Source: Brevinematales bacterium
GTDB lineage: Bacteria > Spirochaetota > Brevinematia > DTOW01
Length of the DNA stretch: 64,000 nt
Reading direction: 5' to 3'
Assembly (NCBI GenBank): GCA_026415355.1
Contig: JAOAHF010000010.1
Location: forward strand, 12,548-76,547
The notes beneath the pieces were generated by a model. That model saw only the letters and a program-made list of their open reading frames with translations, was not told where the DNA came from and made no database searches. Positions 48,052 to 58,101 of the stretch are shown one piece after another (within the stretch, counting starts at the first letter, position 1; each line of letters starts with the position of its first letter). Position numbers and translations under genes: made by a program.

Positions 48052-49004
48052 TATTTTTCTTTCTTTCTTATTACTATTCCTTCAACGTCCCATCGCGGAT
48101 GTGTCCAAGAAAACCATTGTGTTGGATCTTCTTTTATCCATTCCTCAAACTTTTGATTTATGTATCCCATTATTTGTTTTATACTTTCATTGTTATAAGG
48201 CAGATCAAAAAACAAAGGTGGATAGAATTTGAGGATATATTTGCCATCTTTCATAAATATGCTTCTAGCCATTACTATTGGAGACTTTAGTTTTAGATGA
48301 AAGACAGCAGGTCCTCTAGCTGTAGGTGCTTCCTTACCAAAAAATTTAACGTATATAGGATCAAAGTAGTATGCTTGATCAACTACCATACCTACTATCC
48401 AACCAGATTTAAGAAATGTTATTATCTTTTTTACTTCCTCAGGTTGATTGTATATTGTTTCTATATTTGCTTTTTTCCGTGTTTCTACTATCATCCTTTC
48501 AGTATAGGGGTTTATCTGTCTATTCATAACTACAGCAAGCTTTACCCATCCAAGTCTTGATGGAACTCCTGCTAGAAATTCCCAGTTTCCGAAATGTCCT
48601 GTTACTACTATTACTCCATTACCATAGTTTAGCCCTTCTTCTATATGTTTATATCCTTCAAATTCTACGAATTTGTGATAATTATTTTCATTTATTTTAT
48701 TTACAAAAAATGAATGGACAATGAATATACCTATGTTTTCGAAAGCTTTTTTTAGAGTTTTAATTACATTCTTATCGTTACTTCCATAGATTACGTTTGC
48801 GTTTTTTAAACTAGCATCTCGTAGGTTTTTTACAACTTTGAAGGCTAATCTTCCTAAAATCCTGCCTAGTATTATACTATACTTGAATCCTAGGAGTAGT
48901 GTAATCTGTTTTAGTATTATGAAAAAAATGTACTCGGTCAGAAAGATTAGTTTCTTCAGCGATGTCATAAGGATAATTTGAAAGACAGATATTCCTATTA
49001 TCAA
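48048..49004 (-). CDS. Lipid A late acyltransferase family (LpxL/HtrB-like)
   Basis: VTGHFGNWE, MVVDQ, VKFFGKEAPT, WIKEDPTQWFSWTHPRW. Confidence 0.88.
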   Translation of the reverse strand: MIIGISVFQIILMTSLKKLIFLTEYIFFIILKQITLLLGFKYSIILGRILGRLAFKVVKNLRDASLKNANVIYGSNDKNVIKTLKKAFENIGIFIVHSFFVNKINENNYHKFVEFEGYKHIEEGLNYGNGVIVVTGHFGNWEFLAGVPSRLGWVKLAVVMNRQINPYTERMIVETRKKANIETIYNQPEEVKKIITFLKSGWIVGMVVDQAYYFDPIYVKFFGKEAPTARGPAVFHLKLKSPIVMARSIFMKDGKYILKFYPPLFFDLPYNNESIKQIMGYINQKFEEWIKEDPTQWFSWTHPRWDVEGIVIRKKEKY

Positions 49005-49096
49005 TATTAATAACTTAGTTTAATGTTAATTTGTTAGTATGTAGTTGTAAAATAAAGTGAAGTATAACATGGTGGTTAATCTTTCAGGGAGGATTT

Positions 49097-50965
49097 ATGA
49101 AAGCTAAGGAGTTGTTATCAAAGTTTAGTGACTCTTCTAGGATAGTTGGTTTTAAGAGAGGTGGTATATATATAGATTTATTAACTGATATAGATAATAC
49201 TGATGGTATTGAACCTATTTATGAAACTTCTGAAGATTACTACGAATTCGTTAGACATACAACTGCACATATCATGGCTCAAGCAATACAGAGATTGTAT
49301 GGAGGGAAGGTAAAGCTAGGAATAGGTCCCACTGTAGAAAATGGTTTCTATTATGATATAGATATGGATGCAAAATTATCTGATGATGATTTACCAAAAA
49401 TTGAAGAGGAGATGAAGAATATAATAAAAGAAGATCTTGAACTACAACGAGAAATTGTTTCAAAACGTGATGCTTTAGAATTGTTTTCAAGTTTGGGACA
49501 AGATTACAAAGTAGAACTTATAAATGAGATAGAAGAAGATATGGTTTCTGTTTACAAGCAAGGGGAGTTTATTGATTTGTGTAGGGGCCCTCATGTTGAA
49601 AGAACAGGATTAGTACCTTTAGATAGTTTCAAATTAACAAGTGTTGCTGGGGCATATTGGCGCGGGGATGAAAGAAATAAAATGCTTCAAAGGGTTTATG
49701 GAGTTTTATTTAGAACAAAAGAAGAACTTGAAAGATATATATGGCAGCTTGAAGAAGCAAAAAAAAGAGATCATAGAAAACTAGGTAAAGAACTTAAGCT
49801 ATTCATGTTTTTTGATGAATCTCCTGCAATACCTTTTTGGTTACCTAATGGGATGTTTATAAAAAACACTCTTATTTCATATATGCGTAACTTACTTTAC
49901 AAAAATGGTTATGTTGAAATTCAGACTCCTATGATTATGAGAAGAGAACTTTGGGAAAGATCGGGACATTGGCAAAATTATAGGGAGAATATGTATGTTG
50001 CTTTTGCTGGAGATGAAGAATTTAATGGAGAACCTGATTGGGCTGTTAAACCCATGAGTTGTCCAGGAAGTATTTTAGTGTTTAAATCGGAAGTTCGATC
50101 TTATAGGGATTTACCTTTAAAGTTTCTTGAATTCGGTAATGTGCATAGATATGAAAGGGCAGGGGTTTTGCATGGGCTTCTTAGAGTAAGGGGGTTTACT
50201 CAGGATGATGCACATATATTCTTAACACCACAACAGATAAAATCTGAGACTATAAATGTTATAAGATTAGTTGATGTTGTGTATAAAAAATTTGATTTTG
50301 AATATGCTGTTGAGCTTTCAACTAAGCCAGAAAAGTATATTGGAACTGATGAAATGTGGGAAGTATCAACCAAGGGTTTAAGAGAAGCACTGGATGAAGT
50401 AGGTGTCAAATATGAAATACGAGAAGGAGAAGGTGCTTTTTACGGTCCGAAAATCGATTTTCATCTTAAAGATGCAATAGGTAGAACTCATCAGTGTGGA
50501 ACTATACAGCTTGATATGGCTTTGCCAGAAAGATTTGATGTAAATTATATAGGTGAGGATGGTAAACCGCATAGAGTAGTTATGATACACAGAGCAATTT
50601 ATGGTAGTTTGGAAAGATTTATTGGGATACTTATAGAACATTATGCAGGGAAATTTCCTCTGTGGTTTGCTCCAATTCAAGTTATTATATTGCCAGTTTC
50701 TGAAAAGTTTGTTGGATATGGGATAAAAGTCAAAGAATTACTTGAAAGTGAAGGTTTTAGAGTAAAAATAGATATTGACAACGAAAAACTAGGTTTTAAA
50801 ATAAGGCGTGCTCAAAATGAAAAAATACCATACATGCTTATTGTAGGACAAAAAGAACAAGAAGAAGAAACTGTATCCGTTAGATCGAGAGATAAAGGAG
50901 AAATAGGTAGTAGAAGAATGTCAGAATTTATCAATATGCTTAATCAAGAATTGAGTTGTCAGTAG
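49097..50965 (+). CDS. thrS: Threonyl-tRNA synthetase
   Basis: RHTTAHIMAQA, DLCRGPH, RDHRKLG, KPMSCPG, FTQDDAH, GAFYGPKIDF, MIHRA. Confidence 0.98.
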   Translation: MKAKELLSKFSDSSRIVGFKRGGIYIDLLTDIDNTDGIEPIYETSEDYYEFVRHTTAHIMAQAIQRLYGGKVKLGIGPTVENGFYYDIDMDAKLSDDDLPKIEEEMKNIIKEDLELQREIVSKRDALELFSSLGQDYKVELINEIEEDMVSVYKQGEFIDLCRGPHVERTGLVPLDSFKLTSVAGAYWRGDERNKMLQRVYGVLFRTKEELERYIWQLEEAKKRDHRKLGKELKLFMFFDESPAIPFWLPNGMFIKNTLISYMRNLLYKNGYVEIQTPMIMRRELWERSGHWQNYRENMYVAFAGDEEFNGEPDWAVKPMSCPGSILVFKSEVRSYRDLPLKFLEFGNVHRYERAGVLHGLLRVRGFTQDDAHIFLTPQQIKSETINVIRLVDVVYKKFDFEYAVELSTKPEKYIGTDEMWEVSTKGLREALDEVGVKYEIREGEGAFYGPKIDFHLKDAIGRTHQCGTIQLDMALPERFDVNYIGEDGKPHRVVMIHRAIYGSLERFIGILIEHYAGKFPLWFAPIQVIILPVSEKFVGYGIKVKELLESEGFRVKIDIDNEKLGFKIRRAQNEKIPYMLIVGQKEQEEETVSVRSRDKGEIGSRRMSEFINMLNQELSCQ

Positions 50966-51257
50966 CTGATATAGATGTATATAAATATATCCTAAAGTGC
51001 TTGTACTACATCGATTTAAATCTATTTTAGCCTATCCAATGAGAATATAGTAATATACATCTAAAAGGTTTATTCAGTGTTTCTTTATGAAGATAAAATT
51101 TGAACATTGTTATTTTATCCTTTTTGGCATTGATATCATTGTAGGAATTTATCTCTTTAATAGGATAGGATTTTGGTTTCATGATGAATGAGAATCTTAA
51201 GTTAGAAGTTAGAATTTATTGAAATTAACTCTTTTTTGTTTAAGGTGATTTAATACT

Positions 51258-53000
51258 TTAGGTATTAAGGTGGAAATTTCGTAATAGGGATTTTAATATG
51301 TTTTTTAAGTACTTTATGTCTTCTATTACACTTTGTTCTACTTCCTCGTATGATTTTTGTCCTCTGTAAAAAGGAAACATAGATTTGCTTACTACGTTTT
51401 TCACAAAACTGTATTCATTTGTAATATTTTCAAATTCTTGTTTTGAAAAATTACTTAGTAGATTGCTAATTTTATTTAGGAGATTGTAAAGTTTATCGTA
51501 GAGCTTATCTTTTTTGATTGATATTGGTGATGTTTTTGAGTTATTTACTTGCGTATCTATATTTTGTTTATTGTGAAAGAAAGAATCGAAGAATTTTTGT
51601 CCTTCCTTGGTTGACATGTTTGTAATTCCTTTGAGTTTTAGTCCATCTGATATATTGAATACATTTTCAAAATTTGATGTGTCACTTGCACTGTCAAACC
51701 AGAGTTTGTAGGTTTCCATTATCTTGTGAGTTATGCATTCTTCGTCTTTTATTCCTTCAAGTTTTATATAATCTTTTAAGGCAGATGAAACAAAAAATGT
51801 ATCACTTGGATGGAATATGTTTCCTTTTAGTACTGAATATTCATGATGAGGTGAGCCTATATTGTGCGAAACTATATAAGGAAATCCTAAGTCAACGCCT
51901 ATTAGGAATATCGGTTTACTATCTAATAGTAGAGCTAAGTGAAATAAGTTTGTGCTTACGGATCCTCCACTTTCGAGTCCAAGTATTTGATAACCAAGTG
52001 TATCTTCAACCCAAGATACTATATTGTTTGATATTTCTAAATGTAGCCCACCTATGTATTCTATGTGTGATGTCTTTGTAAAAAATATTCTACCTTTGAA
52101 GTTTCTTATGAGTTCTGGTGATACTGTTATGTCAGCAAATAATGTTAGGTTCTGAGTTTTTACTCCAAAGAAGTCTTTTATGTTGGCATGTTGAGAATCA
52201 AGTGAAAATACAATATCTGGTATTATTTCAAAGCTTAAGAGTGATTTGAGTGCAGTATCGACAGTTCCTAGAATAAATTTATTTCTATGCTTTTTTATTT
52301 CTTTAAACAGATGTAATCCTGAATAGCCTGCTCCTACTACTACAAAAGGTTTACCTACAAAGTCTAACAGATCTGACATTAGAATATCGTAGGATATACT
52401 ACCCCACTTGATTAGGTTAGGAATGTTAAAGAGAACATTTTTGACCCATAGTTTATCAAAGTTCACTCTTGTGAGTAAATCTGCAAATTTTGCCTTTACA
52501 ATTTTAGCAATATTTTCTCCTGTTTTGTCGTATTCATCTTTGTAGATTCTATATACACTTGGTAACTTTATGAATTTAACATCCTTTACATCCATAAAAT
52601 CAATAAGGTTTAAAAATGTATATATATCATTTTTGTTATGATTTGTGATTAAAAATGTGTTATGTTTTTGTGTGAATGTCAAAGCAATGTCGTCGTCAAG
52701 TTCTATTGGAAGAAAGAAACTGTCAGGAAATTCTTGTTTTAGTATTTCTAAATGGTATCCAAGTCCTACTCCTAGTATTACAAACAGATACTTTGATGAT
52801 TTATCAAGGCTAAGATTTTGTATGATATTATATGCTTCTTTTACTGGATCATAGGCACTATGGATTAGCACATTATTTTTTTTAATGGTTTCGTGCCCTG
52901 ATTTTGACTTTATGAACTCTATTCTATTTATGTTCCCATTATTTAGTAGTATCTTTCTAAGTTTTTCCGATATGGTTAGTTTATTCAACATCATCTTCAA
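51258..53000 (-). CDS. Maf/DUF115 (MptE-like) family protein, putative flagellin glycosyltransferase
   Basis: LIHSAYDP, VILGVGLGY, VVVGAGYSG, VDTALK, PDIVFSLD, SGGSVST, PIFLIGVDL. Confidence 0.8.
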   Translation of the reverse strand: MKMMLNKLTISEKLRKILLNNGNINRIEFIKSKSGHETIKKNNVLIHSAYDPVKEAYNIIQNLSLDKSSKYLFVILGVGLGYHLEILKQEFPDSFFLPIELDDDIALTFTQKHNTFLITNHNKNDIYTFLNLIDFMDVKDVKFIKLPSVYRIYKDEYDKTGENIAKIVKAKFADLLTRVNFDKLWVKNVLFNIPNLIKWGSISYDILMSDLLDFVGKPFVVVGAGYSGLHLFKEIKKHRNKFILGTVDTALKSLLSFEIIPDIVFSLDSQHANIKDFFGVKTQNLTLFADITVSPELIRNFKGRIFFTKTSHIEYIGGLHLEISNNIVSWVEDTLGYQILGLESGGSVSTNLFHLALLLDSKPIFLIGVDLGFPYIVSHNIGSPHHEYSVLKGNIFHPSDTFFVSSALKDYIKLEGIKDEECITHKIMETYKLWFDSASDTSNFENVFNISDGLKLKGITNMSTKEGQKFFDSFFHNKQNIDTQVNNSKTSPISIKKDKLYDKLYNLLNKISNLLSNFSKQEFENITNEYSFVKNVVSKSMFPFYRGQKSYEEVEQSVIEDIKYLKNILKSLLRNFHLNT

Positions 53001-54045
53001 TTTGGTAGGAATATTGTATTTCTCTTGTTAAGACTTCGATCCATCTTTTTGCTTCGCCTGCTAGTCTAGAGTTTGGGTATTCTAGAAGAAACTTTTTGAA
53101 GTTTGCTACTGCATCAATAAGTTTTCCAGCATAGTACAATACTACACCTTTTTTGAATAAAGCATCTTCATCTTTGTTTTTGGGTTCGTTATTCATTGCT
53201 CTGTCAAAAAATTTTATTGACTCATCATACTTTTTTTGTATAGCGTTGATTTCGCCAAGCCAATATAGGCTTGAGTCTTCGTATATAGTATTTGGAAATG
53301 TGTTCAGTACTTTTTCAAAATATCTTACTGAAAGGTTGTATTCCTTATCTTTCATAAGCTTATATGCGTATCCATAAAGCTGTTTCATGTAAGCATCATA
53401 AACAGATTTGTAGTATTTACTGTTGGGATTGTATTTTATGAAGTTTTCGTATATATAGAATGCTGATTCGTAGTCTCCTTGTTCAACATAAACTCTTGCT
53501 TTTCCTAACTCTGCTAGTTCTGTTTTTGCTCTTTCAAAGTACATAAGCGCATTGTTATAATCCTTCCTGTAAAAGTATATATATCCCAATTGAGTTAGAA
53601 TGTTATTTTTTACATTTTGGTCTGTGGCCTTTAGAAGGGAGATTCTTAAGTATTCTTCAATTTCTGGATTCATGCTTTCATTTCTTTCTCTTAGTATATC
53701 AACTAGGAGTTCAATGGATTTTGTAAGTATTTCATCGTTTTTGTTTTCATTGAAAAACCTTGATATAAGGCTTAGTACTCTTCTTTTAGCACTTTCTGAT
53801 TTACCTATTTTCAAAGAACTAAATGCAACGAAATATTCAACATTGTTGAAGTATTTACTTCTAGGATAGTCTGCTAAGAATTTTGTTCCTTCTCTTATCA
53901 CGTCTTCATATAACTCAAACTCAAATCTATTTTTAATTATTTGGTAATCTTTGTTCTCTTTGTATGTATAATACAAGAACAAACCACCAAATACTGCAGC
54001 TATGGATATGATGACTAATAGGGAGTAAAGTATGGCTCTACTCAT
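52981..54045 (-). CDS. Membrane-anchored tetratricopeptide-repeat protein (BamD/CpoB-like repeats)
   Basis: N-terminal TM; repeated F...YP.S.Y and SLYWLGEI, ALFKKG TPR patterns. Confidence 0.85.
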   Translation of the reverse strand: MSRAILYSLLVIISIAAVFGGLFLYYTYKENKDYQIIKNRFEFELYEDVIREGTKFLADYPRSKYFNNVEYFVAFSSLKIGKSESAKRRVLSLISRFFNENKNDEILTKSIELLVDILRERNESMNPEIEEYLRISLLKATDQNVKNNILTQLGYIYFYRKDYNNALMYFERAKTELAELGKARVYVEQGDYESAFYIYENFIKYNPNSKYYKSVYDAYMKQLYGYAYKLMKDKEYNLSVRYFEKVLNTFPNTIYEDSSLYWLGEINAIQKKYDESIKFFDRAMNNEPKNKDEDALFKKGVVLYYAGKLIDAVANFKKFLLEYPNSRLAGEAKRWIEVLTREIQYSYQIEDDVE

Positions 54046-54112
54046 TATGGCACCTCGTCAAACTAAATTTTCGGAATTTTTTCAGAAAAACAAAATAAGA
54101 ATAAATTATCGG

Positions 54113-54156
54113 CTTTTACGTTTTCATAAATTCGGTTTTACGTTAATTTTACAAAC
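54113..54156 (+). promoter_or_regulatory. Candidate Pho-box-like direct repeats
   Basis: TTTTAC at 54114, 54136 and 54147 (22- and 11-bp spacing) upstream of pstS. Confidence 0.35.
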
Positions 54157-54194
54157 AATCTTTAAGATTATATATAACTTTAAAGGAGGATGCT

Positions 54195-55073
54195 ATGAAA
54201 ATTTTAAAGTTTATATCAATTTTAGTTGTTGCGATGCTGATTACTTCACCTATTGTTTTTTCTCAAAGCAAAACAATAACTGTGAAAGGATCAGATACTA
54301 TGGTTATCCTTGGTCAAAGGTGGGCTGAGGTTTATATGAAGAAGAATAAGGATGTTGTTATTCAGGTTACTGGTGGTGGTTCTGGTACCGGTATAGCAGC
54401 GTTGATAAATAGAACAACAGACCTTGCTAATTCTTCAAGACCAATAAAAGATAAGGAGAAACAACAGATTGAATCTGCTGGTGGCAAACTAGTTGAAGTT
54501 CCTGTAGCGATAGATGCTATAGCAGTTTATGTTAACAGTGCTAATCCCATAAAAGAGTTGGATATGGCTACTGTTAAGAATATATTTACTGGTAAGATAA
54601 AGAATTGGTCTGAATTAGGATGGGAAAACAAAACTATAAAACTCTACTCAAGAGAGAACAATTCAGGAACTTATGTTTACTTTAAGGAACACGTCCTTGG
54701 TAACGAAGATTTTGATCCTCTAGCGCAGCAAATGCCAGGTACTGCTTCTGTTTTAAATGCAGTCAAAAGAGATAAGTATGGTATAGGTTATGGTGGTATA
54801 GGATATCTAAAAGGAGCTAAAGCATTAAGTATTTCTCCAAAATCTGGTGAAAAAGCTTATGAACCTAGTATGGATAATGCTTTAAAAGGACTTTATCCAA
54901 TTTCTAGATATTTGTACATTTATCTAACTGATGAACAACTCAATAGACCTGAAGTTAAAGCATACATATCTTGGATTCTATCAAAAGAGGGACAAGATCT
55001 TGTAGAAAAAGTTGGTTTCTATCCATTACCAAAGAAGAGCTTACAAGAGGTGAGAAAGTCGTTAGGTCTTTAA
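54195..55073 (+). CDS. pstS: Phosphate ABC transporter substrate-binding protein
   Basis: ITVKGSDT, GGGSGTGI, ANSSR, SRENNSGTY, AIGY-like GIGYGG, YPISRYLY; SD AAAGGAGG. Confidence 0.93.
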   Translation: MKILKFISILVVAMLITSPIVFSQSKTITVKGSDTMVILGQRWAEVYMKKNKDVVIQVTGGGSGTGIAALINRTTDLANSSRPIKDKEKQQIESAGGKLVEVPVAIDAIAVYVNSANPIKELDMATVKNIFTGKIKNWSELGWENKTIKLYSRENNSGTYVYFKEHVLGNEDFDPLAQQMPGTASVLNAVKRDKYGIGYGGIGYLKGAKALSISPKSGEKAYEPSMDNALKGLYPISRYLYIYLTDEQLNRPEVKAYISWILSKEGQDLVEKVGFYPLPKKSLQEVRKSLGL

Positions 55074-55083
55074 GTTGGGTTAG

Positions 55084-55105
55084 CAAGGGGACTTAGGTCC
55101 CCTTG
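55084..55105. terminator. Rho-independent terminator hairpin between convergent genes
   Basis: CAAGGGGAC-TTAG-GTCCCCTTG, perfect 9-bp stem, T-rich downstream on +. Confidence 0.85.
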
Positions 55106-55122
55106 TTATTTAGTTTTTTGAT

Positions 55123-55875
55123 CTAAGGAATAATCTTTAAGGTAACTGCTAATCCGAAATCTCTTGAATTTGCGAGCCCTTTAGCAAATTCGTTTTGTAG
55201 ATACATGTTATCACCAAGTTTTGCTCCAAGGAATAAGCTTACTCCTATCTCTCCTTCAATAATTCTGGAACCAAAAGTTGAACCGTTTTGTGAACTTCGG
55301 TATTCTGCTCCAATTCCAACTAGTGCTGTGTTATTTATAAGGTAAAACAGACCAATGTGTCCACCCATGGTATACTCAATCGATTCATTCACAATATCTT
55401 CTAGAGAAAAAACGGGGTGTATTACTCCTATTAAGTTTCCAATGTAGATTATCCCAGGTAGTGAAAACTCAAAGCTCATGTCTGTACCGAATATCCCCTG
55501 GTGATGTTCAAGTATAATGTCTAGTGTAAAGTTGTCAGAGGATTTAAACAAAGGTTCGGAGATAATATTGAATACACCTCTTATTCCAATTTCTTCTATC
55601 TCGAAGACTTCATTTCTTGTGATTTCCTTGCTTCCTATTCCTAATTGAATGGATAATTTTTCGGAAATACCATAAAAGAAGTTTAAGTTTGCAAAAAATG
55701 TATCGTTTTCGGGAGAAGTTATTGTGTTAGCAGAATACTCTAAGAGAGCATCGGTTACAAACTTACCCTTAGGATAAACCATTGAGTACTTTTTGAAGAA
55801 TAAATATGTGTCAAAACAAGCGAATGCACTGCTACTGGCTAAAATTACCGCTGCAAATAAAATCAATCTTTTCAT
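55123..55875 (-). CDS. Hypothetical exported protein (beta-barrel-like)
   Basis: Signal peptide ending ..SAFA; amphipathic strands; SD AAAGGAGG. Confidence 0.7.
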   Translation of the reverse strand: MKRLILFAAVILASSSAFACFDTYLFFKKYSMVYPKGKFVTDALLEYSANTITSPENDTFFANLNFFYGISEKLSIQLGIGSKEITRNEVFEIEEIGIRGVFNIISEPLFKSSDNFTLDIILEHHQGIFGTDMSFEFSLPGIIYIGNLIGVIHPVFSLEDIVNESIEYTMGGHIGLFYLINNTALVGIGAEYRSSQNGSTFGSRIIEGEIGVSLFLGAKLGDNMYLQNEFAKGLANSRDFGLAVTLKIIP

Positions 55876-56064
55876 ATCAAACCTCCTTTCTGAGGATTTA
55901 TTTTTATGTATGTAAGCTTATGTTTTCTAGAAATAGTTGAATTTCTATATTAGTTGTAGCTTTTTATGTTAAAGGGATATGACTTTTTAAGGTAAAGTAT
56001 TTCATCGTCAGTTGAAAATTGGTTATATCTTTTATAAACTTAATTAAGCATAAGGGAGGAGAAT

Positions 56065-56634
56065 ATGGCTTTGGATACAAAGGGTATCGTAGATGTTCAC
56101 AAGGGAGATTTCATAAAGGTAGATAATGAAGTATGTAGAGTAGTTGAGATTGATAAGAAGAGTGGTGGGGGGCAGTTTGGTTCTATAGTTCATGTTAAAT
56201 ATGTTGTTTTATCAACAGGTAGTTACCACGATAAAAGGTTTAATCCCTCAGATAAAGTTGAAATACCTGATGTACATATAGTCAAATGTGTGTTTTCTTA
56301 TAGAGATCAGGATACATTTTATTTTATGGATCAGGAGAGTTATGAGCAGTATGAGGTTAGTGCTTCTTCTTTAGGTAAATTTGGTAATTTCTTGAAGGAG
56401 AATGATGAGGTTGAAGTTGTCGTATATGAAGGTAGAGCTTTATCAGTTAATAAACCTGATAAGATAAAAGTAAAAGTAGAACAGACAGGAGATGTTTCTT
56501 CTGGTACAGATAAAAGTGTTTGGAAACCTGCTATAATAGAAGGAGGAATTGAGATAATGGTACCTGGTTTTATAAAGAATGGAGATTACGTATACATAGA
56601 TACCGAAAGGTTTGAATATATAGGTAGAGAATAG
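56065..56634 (+). CDS. Elongation factor P paralog (divergent)
   Basis: EF-P layout: KKSGGGQFG loop, YFMDQESYEQY, VWKPAIIEGG, VPGFIKNGDYVYIDT..EYIGR; SD GGGAGGAG. Confidence 0.88.
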   Translation: MALDTKGIVDVHKGDFIKVDNEVCRVVEIDKKSGGGQFGSIVHVKYVVLSTGSYHDKRFNPSDKVEIPDVHIVKCVFSYRDQDTFYFMDQESYEQYEVSASSLGKFGNFLKENDEVEVVVYEGRALSVNKPDKIKVKVEQTGDVSSGTDKSVWKPAIIEGGIEIMVPGFIKNGDYVYIDTERFEYIGRE

Positions 56635-57720
56635 TTATTGTATCATACTTAAAAACTCGTCGAATAAGTATCTTGAATCGTGAGGACCAGGACCTGCTTC
56701 AGGATGGTATTGAACTGCCATTAGGTTCTGAGATTCACATAGAATACCTTCTACAGAATGATCGTTCAAATTTATATGAGATACTTCTACATTTTTTGGT
56801 AAGGTATTAGGATCAACTGCAAAACCGTGGTTTTGAGATGTTATTTCAACCTTACCTGTTTTTAAGTTTTTTACTGGATGATTTATCGCATGATGCCCGA
56901 ATTTTAGCTTATATGTTTTAGCACCTAAGGCCAGAGATATTAACTGATGTCCTAGACATATACCAAACATTGGTTTCTTCCCAATTAGTTCTTTTATAAG
57001 TTTGATTGCATGAGTTATTGCTGCTGGATCTCCTGGACCATTTGATACAAATATTCCATCAGGTTTAAGCGAAAGTACGTCTTTAGCAGAAACAGTATAA
57101 GGTAAGAATGTAACTTTTGCTTTTCTTTCTGCGAAAAGTCTTGCAATATTCCACTTCATTCCATAATCCAGTGCTACTATGTTATAATCATACGAAGGTA
57201 GCTCTATGAGTGTTTTCTGTTGTTTGGTTGATACGTGTATTGTTAGATCGAGTCCAACCATGTCAGGTAATTTTTTGACTTCTTCTTTTAGTTTGTCTAT
57301 TTGATCTATTTTATCAGAAATTATAGCCATCATAGCACCATGGTTTCTTATGTGCCTTGTTAATTTCCTTGTATCAACTCTATCAATTGCTACTACTTTA
57401 TGTTCTATTAGGTAATCTCTTAGTGACTTTTTTGCTTCGGAATTACTGGGATATTCGCTAATTTCTCTCATTACGAACCCAGCTACTTTTGGAGTGTCAG
57501 ATTCGACATCTTCATCGTTAACTCCATAATTACCTATATGAGGGTATGTCATTACAACAATTTGCTTATGGTAAGAAGGATCAGTAAGAATTTCTTGGTA
57601 TCCTGTCATTCCGGTGTTGAATACAACTTCCCCCCAGGTTGTACCTACATATCCTACAAATCTTCCATAGAATACAGTTCCGTCTTTAAGTACTAAGACT
57701 GCGTTTTTCTTAAAATCCAT
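56635..57720 (-). CDS. carA: Carbamoyl-phosphate synthase small subunit
   Basis: GEVVFNTGMTGYQEILTDPSY, SNGPGDP, GICLGHQ, SQNHGF, QYHPEAGPGPHD. Confidence 0.97.
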   Translation of the reverse strand: MDFKKNAVLVLKDGTVFYGRFVGYVGTTWGEVVFNTGMTGYQEILTDPSYHKQIVVMTYPHIGNYGVNDEDVESDTPKVAGFVMREISEYPSNSEAKKSLRDYLIEHKVVAIDRVDTRKLTRHIRNHGAMMAIISDKIDQIDKLKEEVKKLPDMVGLDLTIHVSTKQQKTLIELPSYDYNIVALDYGMKWNIARLFAERKAKVTFLPYTVSAKDVLSLKPDGIFVSNGPGDPAAITHAIKLIKELIGKKPMFGICLGHQLISLALGAKTYKLKFGHHAINHPVKNLKTGKVEITSQNHGFAVDPNTLPKNVEVSHINLNDHSVEGILCESQNLMAVQYHPEAGPGPHDSRYLFDEFLSMIQ

Positions 57721-57726
57721 GGTGAT

Positions 57727-58101
57727 TTATACTTTATTGGGGTGGGGATTTGCAGCTTTTGAAGGCATAGAACAGTTACCGTTGAAGATACAGCCTGACT
57801 CAATGTAGAGATCTGGTGTTTTTATATCTCCAGTTAACTTTGCACCACTTATCATTTCAAGTTTCTCTGTTGCTTCAACGTTGCCTATTATTTCACCATA
57901 ATTTGTGATTGTGGCTGCTTTTATTTGTGCTTTTACAAGTGCTTTCGGTCCAATAACTAGATGTCCTGTAGCATCGATTTCACCTTCAAAAGTACCTTTT
58001 ATCATAAGAGACGTTGAAAACTTCAAAACACCTTTAAAAGATATGTCTTCTGCTAAAACAGTATTTATATTCTTTTCGTCTATCACATGTTCTTTTGGCA
58101 T
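57727..58101 (-). CDS. Bactofilin (polymer-forming cytoskeletal protein)
   Basis: TVLAEDISFKGVL, IKGTFEGEI, LVIGPKALVKAQI, IESGCIFNGNCSM. Confidence 0.9.
   Translation of the reverse strand: MPKEHVIDEKNINTVLAEDISFKGVLKFSTSLMIKGTFEGEIDATGHLVIGPKALVKAQIKAATITNYGEIIGNVEATEKLEMISGAKLTGDIKTPDLYIESGCIFNGNCSMPSKAANPHPNKV

Noticed and set aside
51027-51182. 51-aa minus-strand ORF (MKPKSYPIKE...) between thrS and the Maf gene
   Set aside because: No SD and no recognisable motif; compatible with chance in AT-rich DNA.
54032-54328. 98-aa + strand ORF overlapping the pstS promoter and start
   Set aside because: It overlaps two real genes, has no SD and has no protein-like features.
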